A DNA stretch of 64,000 nucleotides, taken from positions 85,746,001-85,810,000 of the forward strand of contig JAGIQG010000008.1 of assembly GCA_024679065.1 (NCBI GenBank). The letters run 5' to 3'. Under the pieces are notes generated by a model that did no database searches, was not told the DNA's origin, and saw only the letters and a program-made list of their open reading frames with translations. Positions 35,811-49,589 of the stretch are shown here, one piece after another (positions within the stretch are counted from its first letter, which is position 1; the number at the start of each line of letters is the position of its first letter). The stretch is from Sphyrna mokarran (taxonomy: Eukaryota). A program made the position numbers and the translations under genes.

Positions 35811-37039
35811 ATAAATTTAAAAAATTATTGCATTCATTTTTGCAAATTATTTTGATGTGTTAGAAGAGTCTAGAACAGTGCACAATACTCTACATGTGTG
35901 ATCTATCCAAGGTTTTAAGCAAGCTAATTTCTTTGCTTTTCATTTCTAATACCCCAGGAAATAAATCCAAGTTCATTGCTTCATTGTGAGCAATCTGAAT
36001 AAAGCATGATGATGCTTGGTGTGTGCTGCTTAACTGTGAAGCAATACCAAAAAGGAAGCTGATGTAGCCATTGGATTGCCAATTTGCATGGGCCATAGGC
36101 CTCAGGCCTGTTTCAAGTGGGCACTCTGGATGACTGCAGGATGCATGACATATATCTGAGGTGGAATGAATAAATGCATGCCTCATAAAATATTGATTCC
36201 TTCACTGCCCATTTATTACCTGAAAATTTGTCCAATTTCTAAACCCCATGACAAAGTATTTTCGTCAATACAGTACAGCTTTTTTGGATTCAGGTGACTC
36301 TTGTTGGAGTCTGTGGCCTTTTTGCTTTCTTTCTTGCAATATTGGGTTTGACTGTATCAGTTCTCTGAATAACAGACCTCCTCTTCCTGACCATATGGAC
36401 TGGAAATGTTACGGTGTCATTGTATATTCATCATGACTTTCCAATATGCAGAGGTTTCGGAATGATTTTAAAAGTGTAAGTCAAATTGATGTCTCAGAGG
36501 AATGAAAGTAAATTGGTTCTGAAACTCTAGGGTGATTTGTGTGGTTGATTTGATGCAATAAAATTGTGTGGAAATTTTCCAAGTCTTGCTGCATTTGGAC
36601 ATGAGCTTAAAACTTTGATTAGATCACACTGGTAGAATACTGTTCTTGTATGAAAAGTCATAATAAGTTTATTAAGGACATTTAAGCTGGTTGATGATGA
36701 TAAGTCATTACATTATAAATAGATAGTGATGAAACCAAACCAAACGACATGTTAAGTTTCTTCTAGCTAAAGCTATATGTTTTCCATATTGTGCTGGTTT
36801 TATCAGTGTACTGACTGACACAAATCAAACATTGGACCAGATCCGTTGGCAGCTTGGATTCTCCAGTCATGCTGCAGTGAACAGACATCTCACTGTGTGC
36901 CAAGTTCTCCATTCTTGCTGGCAGCGGTGCCAGGGTGTGAACAGCTGGAGAATTCCAGCCATTATGTAGAAATGCAAATTGGTTAAATTAACAATTTTTG
37001 ACAAATTGTTGGCTGAAAATTATCCCAAATGATTTGTGT

Positions 37040-37270
37040 ATTCTTTACATGCTGTGTACTCTCTCTGGTTCAGCAGTTTATCTTCTGCCGCGCACTGTAT
37101 CATCTCTATTTCAGTGATATACCTGTTGTCTGTGCTGTATACCATCTCAAATTCAGTTGTGTATCTGCTGTCTGTGTTGCGAACAACTTGCTGTCTATGC
37201 TCAGATTCAGGTACATGTGTGCTGTCTGTGCTGCATACCATCTCCGGTTTAGTGGTGTATCTGCTATTTG
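37040..37270. repeat. Degenerate ~42-bp tandem repeat (ctgctgtctgtgctgtataccatctcagattcagtggtgtat)
   Basis: About 4-5 diverged copies visible by eye. Confidence 0.6.
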
Positions 37271-37538
37271 GCCTTGGCAGTCAGAAGATCGGTGAGGCCA
37301 GTACTTGGGGTAATCAAGTGTGGAATTTTCTTTCTTTTAAAGTGTGGCCCATCTTCTGTCTTTTATCTCAAGTTAGGCTCCAGAATGGGATTTGCTACCT
37401 GCGGTGCTCAGAATTACAGGAACAAATTTGTGCCCAGACTTCAGTATTTTCAAGCTTAACAGGACAGAACACCATCCTGGAATTTTTTTTCTATTTCACA
37501 ATCATGTGAATGTTCAAATCAGTTATGTTTTGTGAGTG

Positions 37539-37825
37539 GCATGGTGGCACAGCGATTAACATGACTGCCTCACAGCACCAGGGACCTGAGTTTGATTTTT
37601 GGCTTGGGTCACTATCTGTGTGTAGTCTGCATATTCTCTTGGTGTCTGCGTGGGTTTCCTCTGGCCAAGATGGTTTCTTCCCACAATTCGAAAGATGTGA
37701 TAGATAGGTGCATTGACCATGCTAAATTCTCTCAGTGTACTCGAACACATGCTGGAGTATAGTAACCAGGGGATTTTCATAGCATCTTCATTGCAGTTTA
37801 ATATAAAGCTACTTGTGACATTTTA
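37539..37825 (+). mobile_element. V-type SINE (alternative tail)
   Basis: ggtggcacagcgattaac...cagcaccagggacc head, V-domain, cttcattgcag...acttgtgaca tail. Confidence 0.8.
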
Positions 37826-39050
37826 AATTTAAATCTCACATTGAAGTAAACTTGTTTCAAGCACTGAGGTGGGACACAAGATCTGTTTTGTGTTAGAGGT
37901 CCACATTACCGACTGTATCGTGCTTGAGATTTCATAATGGGAGTCTTGATAACTCCTCTACAGCCACCAGCCTGCTTTTCCACTGGCACTTACGTGAATT
38001 CTGGGAAACTGGTCACTTGCAAATCCTTCAAAACACTGGTGGGGGGAGGGGGCATGATTCTGACATTATGATTTAAACAAAAGAACAAATTTGGTAAACG
38101 TGGGCCAAATGTTTCTCTCAGATGTGGATCTCACATAATCTAAATGAAACTAATGTGAGTATAAAAACAACTTTGATAATTGACATTTCTTCAATTGATG
38201 TGAATGCAGCTCCTTTGCGCTGTCGGGTGACAGGTACGGCATACAATAAATTCTCTTCACGTGTTCAACACTTGTCATAGAAATGGGAAAATGGTTTAAT
38301 GGAGGTGAGGGTGAGGGGATTATCCTTAACCTGAGGCTGATCTGAGGAAGCATCACTGGATCTAATCATTGCTGTATCCTGACCTGGGAGCAGGAGCTGT
38401 GAGCTCTGGGAACCTGAAATGGAAAAATGTTCCATTCCTCAGTATTAAAATTCTTCAGCCTTTCAAAAGAAAACTCATGTTACAAAAACAGAAGAGCAAA
38501 GTTTTCCACATTATGCAGGGCTCAAAAATTAATTCTGATGTATTTTATACAGCCAATGGTAAGTAAATCCAATGCAAGAATAAATGGTGAGCATTCAGTA
38601 ATAAATGAGAACAGCGAGTGAAATTCTTTACATCTGCTTTGGAGTACAGTGGTGTCATGCTGACTCTAACCCAATGCATTGTAAGCCAAATATTAAACTG
38701 TGACACTACCTCAGCACAGATCAGATTGCACACGGATTAATCCTTCAGTAACATTCTTTCACTGCAGACAAGAAAAGGAAGAATGGCTGCAACAGTGCTT
38801 CATTTTGCTTTTCTTGTGTTTGCAGTACTTCAACTGACATCAGGGCTCTGGGTATACATAAGGAGGTGGAGGTGGGGGATGGAGGGCTGATGGTGAGAAC
38901 TGAAAGGTTTTCTGGCATGGTAATTGCAGCCTTGTATCTGGGAAACCAGTAAAAATTGGGTTTTCCTTAAGACCTGCTGCAATTAATGGCAAAACATGAT
39001 TGACATCCTTTTGCCTTTGTTTCCTGGCTGTAGGCTGAGGAGGCTGCTTG

Positions 39051-39900
39051 TAGAACATAGAACATAGAACATTACAGCACAGAACAGGCCCTTTGGCCTT
39101 CGATGTTGTGCCGACTAATATAAAAAGCAATGCTCCTCCAAACTAAACCATTCCCTTCTCTTCCATATACTTATCAACTAACCTCTTAAACGCCACCAAA
39201 CTTGGCGCATCTACAACTGCTGCAGGCAGGGCATTCCACTCCCGAACCACCCTTTGGGTAAAGAACCTACCTCTGATATCCGTCCTATAACTATCACCCC
39301 TTAATTTAAAGCTGTGTCCCCTCGTGCTAGCTTTCTCCATCCTAGGAAAAAGGCTATCACTGTCCACCCTATCTAAACCTCTAATCATCTTATATGTTTC
39401 GATTAGGTCCCCTCTTAGCCGCCTCCTTTCTAACGAAAACAACCTCAAATCCCTCAGCCTCTCTTCATAAGACCTGCCCTCCATACCAGGCAACATCCTG
39501 GTAAACCTCCTCTGTACCCTCTCCAATGCCTCCACATCTTTCTTATAATGTGGGGACCAGAACTGCACACAATACTCCAAGTGCGGCCGCACTAGAGTTT
39601 TGTACAGTTGCAACATGACGTTGCGGCTCCGAAATTCAATCCCCCTACCAATAAAAGCTAAGACTCCATATGCCTTCTTAACAACCTTCTCGACTTGACT
39701 GCCTACTTTCAGGGATCTATGCACATACACACCAAGATCCCTCTGTTCATCAACACTATTAAGAATCCTACCATTAGCCCTATACTCTACACATTTATTA
39801 TTCCTGCTATAGTGCATTACCTCACACTTTTCTACATTAAACTCCATTTGCCACCTCTCGGCCCAGCTCTGCAACTTGTCCAAGTCTCTCTGCAAACTGT
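39051..39900 (-). mobile_element. Young 5'-truncated CR1 LINE (uninterrupted 250-aa RT C-terminal ORF)
   Basis: ORF 39143-39895 has no stops; (ttctatg)n tail at ~39051-39070. Confidence 0.95.
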
Positions 39901-40094
39901 AACACCAAACTGAGCAGGCAGGCCTCAGCCATTGAGTGGAGTAGGGAATGGGGTGAGATTGTAAAAGCTGGTGTTGGGGGATTGGAAATCTAAAGCTGGA
40001 TGAGGGAGATTAGAAAGATTGGAGCCCAAAAAGATCAGGTGGAGAGGTCAGAATATTCTATGCAAAGAATGTGGAGGCATTAGAGAATTGCAGA

Positions 40095-40550
40095 AAATAT
40101 TCACAAACATGGTTCGAGGGATGAGGAACTTAAGTTATATAGAAAGACTGGAGAAGTTAGAACTGTTTCCTTGGTGAAGAACATCTTTAGGGGGGATTTG
40201 ATAGAGTTTTTCAAAATCATGAGGGGTCTAGATGGAATAAATGGACAGAAAATGACCCTATTGGTGGCAGGATCGATAAGTAGCAGGTGGAGATTTAAGG
40301 TAATTGTCAAAAGTAGCAATGGCAACATGAGGAAAATTCTCTTTGTACAGTGAATGGTTAGGATCTAGAATACACTGCTTGAGGGTGTGATGGAGACAGT
40401 ATCAGTTGCAGTTTTCCAAAGGAAATTGCATCATTATCTGAAAAGGCAAAAAATTACTGAACTTTTGGGAAAAGAGTGGCAAAGGTGAATTGCTCCTTCA
40501 GAGAGCAAGCACAGACAAGATGGGCTGAATGGCCCCATTCTATCCTATGA
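40095..40550 (+). mobile_element. Decayed CR1 3' fragment
   Basis: RGDLIEFFKIMRGLD motif; tail gatgggctgaatggcc. Confidence 0.8.
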
Positions 40551-40754
40551 TACATGACATAGGCAGTGAGTCTTGGCATCAGCATGAATGACTATAACGC
40601 ATGTTTGCACCCCATGCTTGCACGGGTGAATTTTTGGCAGGATGGTTGGATAGTTACCAAAAGCAGAAACACTGGCTGTTTTTTTATTCCCGCCCAGTCA
40701 GAAGCATTATAATGATATAATGGCTCCTGAGATAATACAGCTTGTGCTTTGTCA

Positions 40755-41090
40755 GAACTTGCATGACTTTACAGCCAATGAAATATTTTTGGAACTGTGG
40801 GCATTGCTGTATTGTATAAAATGTGGTAGCCACTCCTTGTGCAGCAAGTTCCACAAACACCAATGAGATAAATGACTAGATAGTCTGTTGATTTTAGGAG
40901 CTAGGTATTGGCCAGAATGCACTGTTATGGTCTTGTGCATCCCCATTGAAAGAGCAAAAAGGGATTTGGTTTAATGGCATCTCCAACTGTATGGCAGTCC
41001 CACATTCCTACAGTGAAGTGTCACTAGATTGGGACATGAAACCACAAACCCGTCTCAGAGATGCAGTAGCCCAGAGCAGCATTGGTGATC
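40755..41090 (-). mobile_element. Deu-type SINE (AmnSINE1/SacSINE1-like)
   Basis: tttacagccaatgaa...gcagcaagttccacaaacaccaatgagataa...tttaatggcatctcc. Related fragments at 41826-41990 and 42740-42905. Confidence 0.6.
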
Positions 41091-42017
41091 AGCTGCCTTT
41101 CAGCTGGGGTGTACTTCAGGGTGTGAGAAGGAAGGATTTAAAAGTAGAAGGGAAAGGGGAAGTAAAAAGAACATAAAAAGAAACTGATAAAATAAAACAA
41201 CCATTCTAATTAATGTATTCAATAAACAGCACTTGTTGGGAACAGAGAACATAAAATTGCAGAGTGCAGTTGGTACGTGTGCTGATATTGTGCAATGGTA
41301 CTTATGTTCTGGCTGCACTCTGGAGAATGTGACCTTTCGGGTTCAGTCTATGCAACTATATTTAGTACATTATTGAAGCACTATATAAAATGTGCTGTTG
41401 GAAAAGATATAATTTGAAAGATGTGGAAGTGATGCACTGACCTTCATTTGGGCATTGTCAATGCTGTATAAAATGTGTCAGTGAAACCTTGTGCTGCAAC
41501 CCTGTGCTGTCACAATCCATGGAGGCTCCATTATGACCTCTGATATATACTTTGCCGCTACCAATGCCAAAAAGAATCAACCCACAACAATGTTCGACAG
41601 CTTCATGTGTGGCACTTGTGACACAGCCTGCCTTTGAAGTTAGCAGCACAGGTGTGCTCTATGAAGCCACCTCACCTGAAATGCATTTGTTTACTGTTTG
41701 TCCATCACCCTCTGTAAATGGAAGGATGACAAAATACACCATTTGTACTCAGAGGTTGGTCTGACTATTTCAGTGTAAATTATGATCAGCACCATGAGTT
41801 TAGGTCCCAAGCATTTAGTCAACAAAGAAAAGAAAATCTGCATTTATGTAGCATCTTCCTAAACTGCATTACAGCCATTTAATTAATATTGTAATATAGG
41901 AAATAGGTGGCTGAGCTGTGCACAGCAAGTTCCATAAACTGCAATGTGATAATGACTCATTAATCTGTTTTCAGGGTGCTGATCCTGAATAAAATCCATT
42001 TTCTGATGGATATTTAC

Positions 42018-42342
42018 AGAATCATAGAATCTACAGTGCAGAAGGAGGTTATGTGGCCCATCAAGCCTCCACTGATAACAATCCTACCCAGGTCATATCC
42101 CTGTAACCCCACATATTTACACCCCTAGTCCACCTGATACTATGGGGCAATTTAGCATGGCCAATCAACCTAATCCGCACATCTTTAGATTGTGGGAAGA
42201 AATCGGAGCACTCGGAGACATTCCCTCCATGCAGATAAGTGGAAAATGTGCAAATCCACGCAGACATTGACCCAAACCAGGAATTGAACTTGGGTCCATG
42301 GCACTGTGAGGCAGCAGTGCTAACCACTGTGCCACCATGCCA
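42018..42342 (-). mobile_element. HE1-like V-SINE
   Basis: Full head, V-domain and CR1-type tail (agaatcatagaatctacagtgcagaagg). Confidence 0.9.
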
Positions 42343-43019
42343 TCTTGCTTGGTCTGGTAACCTGATGATGGGGATTTAATTGCCTTCTTGACAGTATTAG
42401 TTGGCAGGTTGATGAACCTCCTGGTTAACTGCAGACATGACCAATCATTATCAGGTACCTGATCTAAGTGGTGAAGTCGCAGGTTTCAAAAATCTGGATA
42501 CCCATCAACAGCTCAAGGATAAGCCAGATGTGGCCACTTGAACCATGAGCAACAGCTCAAACTATGACTGTGGCTATCCAAGTCAGGCTATAGTCTATAT
42601 ACTGTACTGCTGTCCTGAGTGATCCACTTCTGGTGGCATCACAACCATTCATATTGCTTCAGCTGAAGCTGTTGGATGAACTGTTAACATCAACATCTCA
42701 ACTATAATTGCTTCTCCTGCCAAGTGCATAAAAAAGTGGTTTTGATTGAGGGATAAAGATGAATTCTTCCACTTTTTTTTTCAAAATGATGCCAGGGGAT
42801 CATTTACATACATCTGAGAGGGCAGATAGGATCTCAGTTTAGCAAAACAAAAACATTGCACTCAAATCTCTGGGGTAGCATTTGAATCCATGGCTTGTTG
42901 ACTGAAGGCAGGAGAGCTAACAATTGACACCTAACAGTTGGTATCCACTCAAGCCATTTTCTTCATCATTGTCCAATGGCTTTGCTGCCTGTGATTCCAT
43001 AGATGCTTGAGCAACATAC

Positions 43020-43350
43020 TGGGGAGAGGCAATCAGCTATTGTTCATACGTGACATCTGAATGAATGTCAGCAGGCTGATTGATTATTAAACTGGAGCTA
43101 GATCATGTCCTCGCATCAAAGTTCACACAACTACATTCTCGAGCAGGTGGCACTGGATAGCGATGGGGAGCTGGAACGCTAGCTGATTTTTTTTTTCACT
43201 CTCTTCATCCTGTCTCCAACAATTCTGGTACTCCATTTTTGACCCCAGCTGAATTAGCTAACTCAGCACAAAGCAGGAATTGAGCTTGGAAGCCTCTTAG
43301 TGTGTATGGCTGAGTGCCATACCAGACAGTACATTACCCATGGAGTTATT
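43020..43350 (-). mobile_element. Ancient tRNA-SINE (AmnSINE2-like, tentative)
   Basis: Reverse complement reads ...actcagccatacac...aattcctgctttgtgctgagttagctaattcagc; family name is from recall. Confidence 0.4.
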
Positions 43351-44834
43351 AATACAGCTGTATCTTGTGTGTCTGCACAAATTTAAAGTGAATATAATAC
43401 AAACAAACATTAACCAATGTAAAGCACTGCAATCGGAACAACTTTTTTATGTTAAATAAGGCACAAAGCCCACGGAGTCAGTCCCAGTGACAATTCTGAT
43501 TCATTACTTTGACAAAAAAGAAATTCTTTAAAGAAGTCCTTAACACGTTCAGATTTTTAGATTTTAGAATTTCTAATTTCCATTAAGAAAAATGAGAAAT
43601 AGAAAATGATTTTTCTTTTTCTTTCTTGGTCTAAGTGCCAGATACTCTGGCATAGTTTCCAATCTGGAGTGCAAATGCATTGTGAAAGTTGATTAAACTA
43701 AAATGAATGATTTGCTACAGCTGTACCTCAAGACAATACAAAATCTCACATGAAATGCTCATGGAATCTCTCCGAAAGAGTGTTGTTGCTTGGTATTCTT
43801 CCTCCATGCACACAAAACATTAAACACAGTATGAGCTATCTTTTACTAACACAAGATTGATAGATCAAATATTTCGCCAGTTGATTGATTTGGATTTGGC
43901 TTTCCAGTGGAAGATCTCTTAGGCCTTGAAATATTGCCATGGAATGCTAGCTTAGGAGCACTTGATGTGACTTTTTGCAAATCTCTCTCTGCTATTTCAA
44001 CAGAGATGTTAACCTCTTTATTTCTTAAAACGCCAGTGATGAAAATATCATACAGACTCCATTTAATGTTCATGAACGTAGTATCCCACGGTATAATTTT
44101 AATACTTTGACTTGCAATCATAGCATTTGTTAGGATCTAATTTGTCTGACATTTCTTTACACTCCCTTTGATAGCATCCTATTGCGATACCAGTTAGTTG
44201 ATTAAAAATACATCAAATCCTGGAAAGCTGACATGTAAGTATATTATACATAGTGGTCTTCCATGGTGGTCTTCCAGGTTTGAATAGATTAGATTTCCTC
44301 AATGCAAACACACCTTTATTTGATTGGTTAATATATACATTAGTCAAAGTTCTGTAATAAAATTTATTGCTGCATGTCTGTGTTTTGTTAAATGCAGCAT
44401 GTCATTTCTCATTTGCAATATATACATCAGACAAATTGGAATATAACACATTTCAGCACAAGATACAGTTGTGTTCCTCCTACAAACCCACCGCTGTGTA
44501 TTTTCTGCCTCTGTTAAAAGGTGGACGTTGTTTTTTTCTTAGCTACTCCATGCCTCTGTACATCTCTGTTTCTGAGTCATCTAACTTGTTTGCATTGGGA
44601 AATCTAAACTATTTTTGGAATACCTGGTATTTGTACATTTACTGTATGTGCACATTTGAGAAAGGTTGAAAGCAGAAGCTACCTCTATCTATTGAACCCA
44701 ACATGAAACAAAATTAGAGTCCATCTGACTCAAAGATTTTTTATTTAGTGCATACAGATGAAACATCTACCTTCAGCCATTTCAAAGCACTATTATCACA
44801 AACGTGCAAAGTATGTAGGTCAACAGATAGTTTA

Positions 44835-45125
44835 AGTTTATTTATTAGTTTCACAAGTAAACTTACATTAACACTGCAATGAAGTTGCTGTGAAAAATCC
44901 CCTAGTTGCCACACTCCAGCGCCTCTTTGGGTACGCAGAGAGAATTTAGCATGACCAATACCTCTAACCAGCATGTCTTCCAGACTATGGAAGTAAACTG
45001 GAGCACCCAAAGGAAATCCACACAGACGTGGGCGAACTCTACACGGGCAGTGACCCAGGGCCAGAATTGAACACAGGTCCCTGGTACTGTGAGGCAGTGA
45101 TGCTAACCACTGTGTGACCGTGCCC
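44835..45125 (-). mobile_element. V-type SINE (alternative tail)
   Basis: Matches the 53630-53910 copy. Confidence 0.85.
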
Positions 45126-47262
45126 TTCTACTAATTACTGTTTATGATCTAATGTGGAACAAGATTTATTTGCGCTCATCATGACAGATGCCAAAGACCC
45201 CATGAGTGAAGGGTGGAGATTTACGAGTGCTGTCCAGTTTGGGAAGAGCTTAGCTATGATCTGCATGTTGAATGCTGCTGATCATTGCAGGATGGAAAAG
45301 ATTTAATGATTTATATGAGTGGCGAGATCAATGCATCGGTGTTCTTATGATTAAATTATGAAATAAATAGCAGGCAGCTGCACACTGGAGTACGGCCCGC
45401 TGATCCCTGAAATAGTTTGGAGGCAGGCACACGGGCTATTGAATGCCAAGGTGGGCTGGTTACCAGAGCTGCCTCAGTTCTTTAGAATCTTGTCCAAATT
45501 CTGTGGCTTCCCTGTAATCCCTACCCCATGGCCCCCTTCCCACATGTGTCTGTATCTATCAGTGAACCTGGATTTTGGGTGGTGCAGTACCAGCTGCAGC
45601 CATCAACTACCGACTACTGCTACTGCTAATGAAGAGTTGCCAGCCTCTAACTGGTTGGCAGCACTCAGCAAGTGGGGCTACCACCTTCAGGTTTCTTGAC
45701 CCCTGGCGAGGCCTGCCACTGCCAAGATAAGTTCCTAACTGGCAATTAATAAGATGGGCCTTCACAAAAATTAGCTCCTGCTGGCTCTCCAGTTGGCAGG
45801 TCAGCCTCCCTCCCCCTGACTAAATACCACTCTTGGTATCCCTGTCCTTGCCTCTGGTGCAGTCCCAATTTTGCACGTCTACATCCAAGAGCTGCAAGCT
45901 GAGAGAGTGACTGACCTGGTTGGTGCTCCATACACCATTTCTCCTAATGCTTGAGAATTAATCAGAGGTAATTCAACTCTTCAATGGAAAGTAAAAGTAA
46001 GTAACTCTTCAATGGCGAACAACATCTTCTGCTCACGTTTCTTAAAAAGCGGAGGAACCAACTGAATTTTTTTTAACTTTAATATTGAGACTATCCACTT
46101 GACCTCTTCAACCCCCTTCTCTGCTCATCCCAAAAAGGTGTCTGTATACCCTGGGCTTTGTATTATATCACTGCATCTTTTCTTCCATTATCCAATCTTG
46201 AGAGTACCCAGCTCATCTCCTCTATCAGACATTAACCAAACGCAGAGTAAACTCTGTGGATAAACCAGATCTTTCTTCAGGTTTATATACTGAAGCTGTC
46301 TTGTTTGCCTGGCTGCCAATATCCTTCCCCTCCAAAAAATAAATCTCCCAACCAAATGACTCCAATCATCCTCTGGCTGCTCATTATCTACAAGTATAGT
46401 GATCCATCTGCCCCTGGGCTTCAAAATTTATACCCCATGCCTCAGTAAGGCTTTCTTTTTATCTCTGCAGTGTCTACTCTCCCTGCCCCATTATCTTCAC
46501 CATCACTGAAACTGTCATCTATGTTTATTGCTACTAATGTCTTCCTCACTGGTCTCCTGGCTCCAGCTTAATAACTCTGACTTATCAATAACTTCATTAC
46601 CTTATACTATTCTGCACACATTTCACACGCTCTCTTATTATCTTTGTTCTCACAATCTCCAGTTGCTGCCAATCTTTCAAACTACTACGTCCAAAATCGG
46701 TCTGCAATTTCACTCATCTCTGATACTTCAGCATCCAGCAGCAATATATGCAGTGCAATTTGAAGTCTGACCTTCTCTGCCCCTCTCCCATCTTTATATT
46801 TGGTGGCCATGTCTTTAGCTGTTTTTATAATGATGACCTTATGTATTTGGCCGCCTTTTTTCTATGCTTAATTTACAAAAGAAGGTGCTCCTTTAGTTTA
46901 CTTTCTCCTTTATACTTTGATGCTTTCTCTTGCAGCGATGAATGTAAAAATAGTACTGCATGTAATTACAGACTGGAGCAAAGATGAGGTGAGAATTATC
47001 TCCTCTATCAACAGGGAATAATCAAATCACTCTTCAATTGGAGTCAGTACCTATCACCAATTTTAAGAAAGTCTTATTCAGCCTCTTTCTGCAAAGAGAT
47101 CATATTCTACCAAATTGATTTGACACAGTTATTGTAAGTACAAAAGGAGGGATGCAGCGAATGAGAATTTCCAAGTTTCAGGAATCAATAAATTTCAAGT
47201 CTGATATTTTGTCTCCTTCAGACTTTTTGTTCTGATTTCAAACAATACCTTTACCTGTACTC

Positions 47263-47582
47263 AGGGGAACTGATAGCCTGCTGGTATTATTGCTAGACTA
47301 TTAATCCAGAAACTCAGCTAATGTTTTGGGACCCAGGCTTGAATCCCGTTGTGGCAGATGATGGAATTTGAATTCAATAAAACGAACTGGAATTAAGAAT
47401 CTACGATCATCATGAAACCCATTGTTGATTATTAGAAAACCCATCTGCCATTTTTACACATAACCATGTGTAGATCTGGCTGACATATGGTTGACTCTCA
47501 GCTGCCTTACAGAGCAACTAGGGATAAGCAATAAATGCTGGCCAGCCAACGACACCCATGTCCCATGAACGAATAATAAAAA
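47263..47582 (+). mobile_element. tRNA-headed SINE, family B
   Basis: ggtattattgctagacta...gaatcccg...gaatttgaattcaataaa...caataaatgctggccagcc. Confidence 0.8.
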
Positions 47583-48220
47583 AAAAATCTAAAATCATGT
47601 TTAATTTCTCCTCTATTCAATCATTTGTAAGAGAAATCAGGATTTTGAAAAATTATCATTTTGCCTGCAATGGCTACTACCTTGTACACGGATATGTGGT
47701 TCAACTCTTCACTAAACCTGTGCACTAGTTGGTAAGCCTAAACTCCATTCTCACCATTATTATTGATAATACATGGTTTTTATGAAAACCATTTGTTTTT
47801 CAAAATAACTTAGCAATGATTTGAATAAGTTGCTTCCTATGTTGTAACAGTGACTTTATTACAGAATAAAATCATTGGTTATAAAATGCTTTGGGATGTC
47901 CCAAGGTCATAAAAGGTTTTGGAAGGGGACTTTCTGGCTTCACTCACCCCAAGACTAGAAAATCCTGCCTGTGGTTAATGAACCTTTGCATGATCTCCTC
48001 CTCTGGCCATGGCAGACAGGACAAGAAAATTCTGCCCATTCTATGAATTCAAGATTTTTCTATTATACAGATATGCAAGGTGAAATACATGGTTGCAAGA
48101 CTTCACTCGATAGTTTAATTGTGAGGACAGTTCACAGAGTAGACCTGAGCCACATAGGTCTCTTCTATGCCTGATTTTTTTCTTATCTGTTTTGAACAAA
48201 CACATCTCAAATCGTACCAA

Positions 48221-48600
48221 AGCAAATTACTGCAGATGCCGGAAATCAGAAATTAAAACAGAAAATGCCAGATAAACTTACCAGGTCTAGCAGCATCTGT
48301 GGAGAGAGGAGCAGTCAATATTTTGAGTCCACGTGGCCTTTCTACAGGATTGAAGAGGAATAAAAATGTAAAGAATTATATAGTGAAGAGGTGGGTGGAG
48401 GAGGTAGGGCAGAATAGAAGACCAGGGTAGATCAAACCAAATGAGAGATTGACAAAAGTGTCATGGGCACAAGACAAAGGATGCTATTAAGGATCCAAAA
48501 ATGCTAATAGTGGCAAAAATAAAGTTAGCAAGATAATGTTAATAGGAAAATGAAAGTCAGTGCTCAATGGGAGTAAGCTGGACAACAAAAGACCTCAATT
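48221..48600 (-). mobile_element. Penelope-like terminal fragment
   Basis: agcaaattactgcagatgc...acagaaaatgc...cagcatctgtggagagag; an inverted partner lies at ~49050-49078. Confidence 0.6.
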
Positions 48601-49395
48601 TATTTCAGATGCTTCTAAGGTATGAAGCAGGAAAAGGTCTCAGACTTCTGTTCACTGTTGTGACTGACACATGGATGGAATTCAAATGAAGCCAGTCTTA
48701 TAAATGGAGAGGGTGTCCATGGAACTGTATCCCAGAAGGAAACCTATGCAGACACAGGGAGAATGTGCAAACTCTACACAGACAGTGACCCAAGCTGGGA
48801 ATCGAACTGTGCTCCTGGCACTGTGAGACAGCAATGCTATCCACTATGCCACTGCCAGTGGCATAGTGAATGTTAGTGAAGAGGTGAATGAGTGAATGGA
48901 TGGATGAGTGAATAGTATAGGGTTGGTGGATAGATGGATGTGTTGAATGGATGCATATCAGATGGTTAGGTGGGTAACATAAGAAGTGGGCTGGTGGTAG
49001 AATGGCAGATGGGTAGAGTGGTAGTGTAGATAACAAGGAGTTAGGCCCCATCTCCAGCATCTGCAGTATTTTGCTCAAAATAGAGGGCTAAGATAATAGT
49101 AATAGTAATAGTAAGTCACCCCTTAAATGCACCTACGCTATTTCTTCAACCACTCCCTGTGGTAGAGAGATCCACATTCTTACCATACTTTGAATGGAAA
49201 TTTTTTTTTAAATTCCCTTTTGAATCTCTCAGTGGCCAACATTGATGGGGTCCAGTTATGTTCTTTCCCAGAAGAGGAAACATTCACTCTGTACCACTTA
49301 ATAAAAAGTCTCATTATTAAAAATCAGCTTTCATTTTCATTCACTAACACTTGCCTCTATGTGATTTTGGAAGCTATTAAATCTTGCAGAAAAGA

Positions 49396-49566
49396 GATAG
49401 GCCTGCGGGAAGGAAAGGCCTGCAGGAATGATATAGGCCTGCAGGAAGTATATAGGTCCATAGAAAGGAAATAGGCTCAAGGGATTGATATGGGCCTGCA
49501 TGAAGGACATGGACTCCCAGGAAGGATATGGGCCCCAAGAAGGATGTAGGCTGTAGGAAGGATATG
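49396..49566. repeat. ~19-bp tandem repeat (ggatatgggcctgcaggaa), ~9 diverged copies
   Basis: Direct inspection. Confidence 0.7.
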
Positions 49567-49589
49567 CTTACTACGCCTTACTGAAGGGA

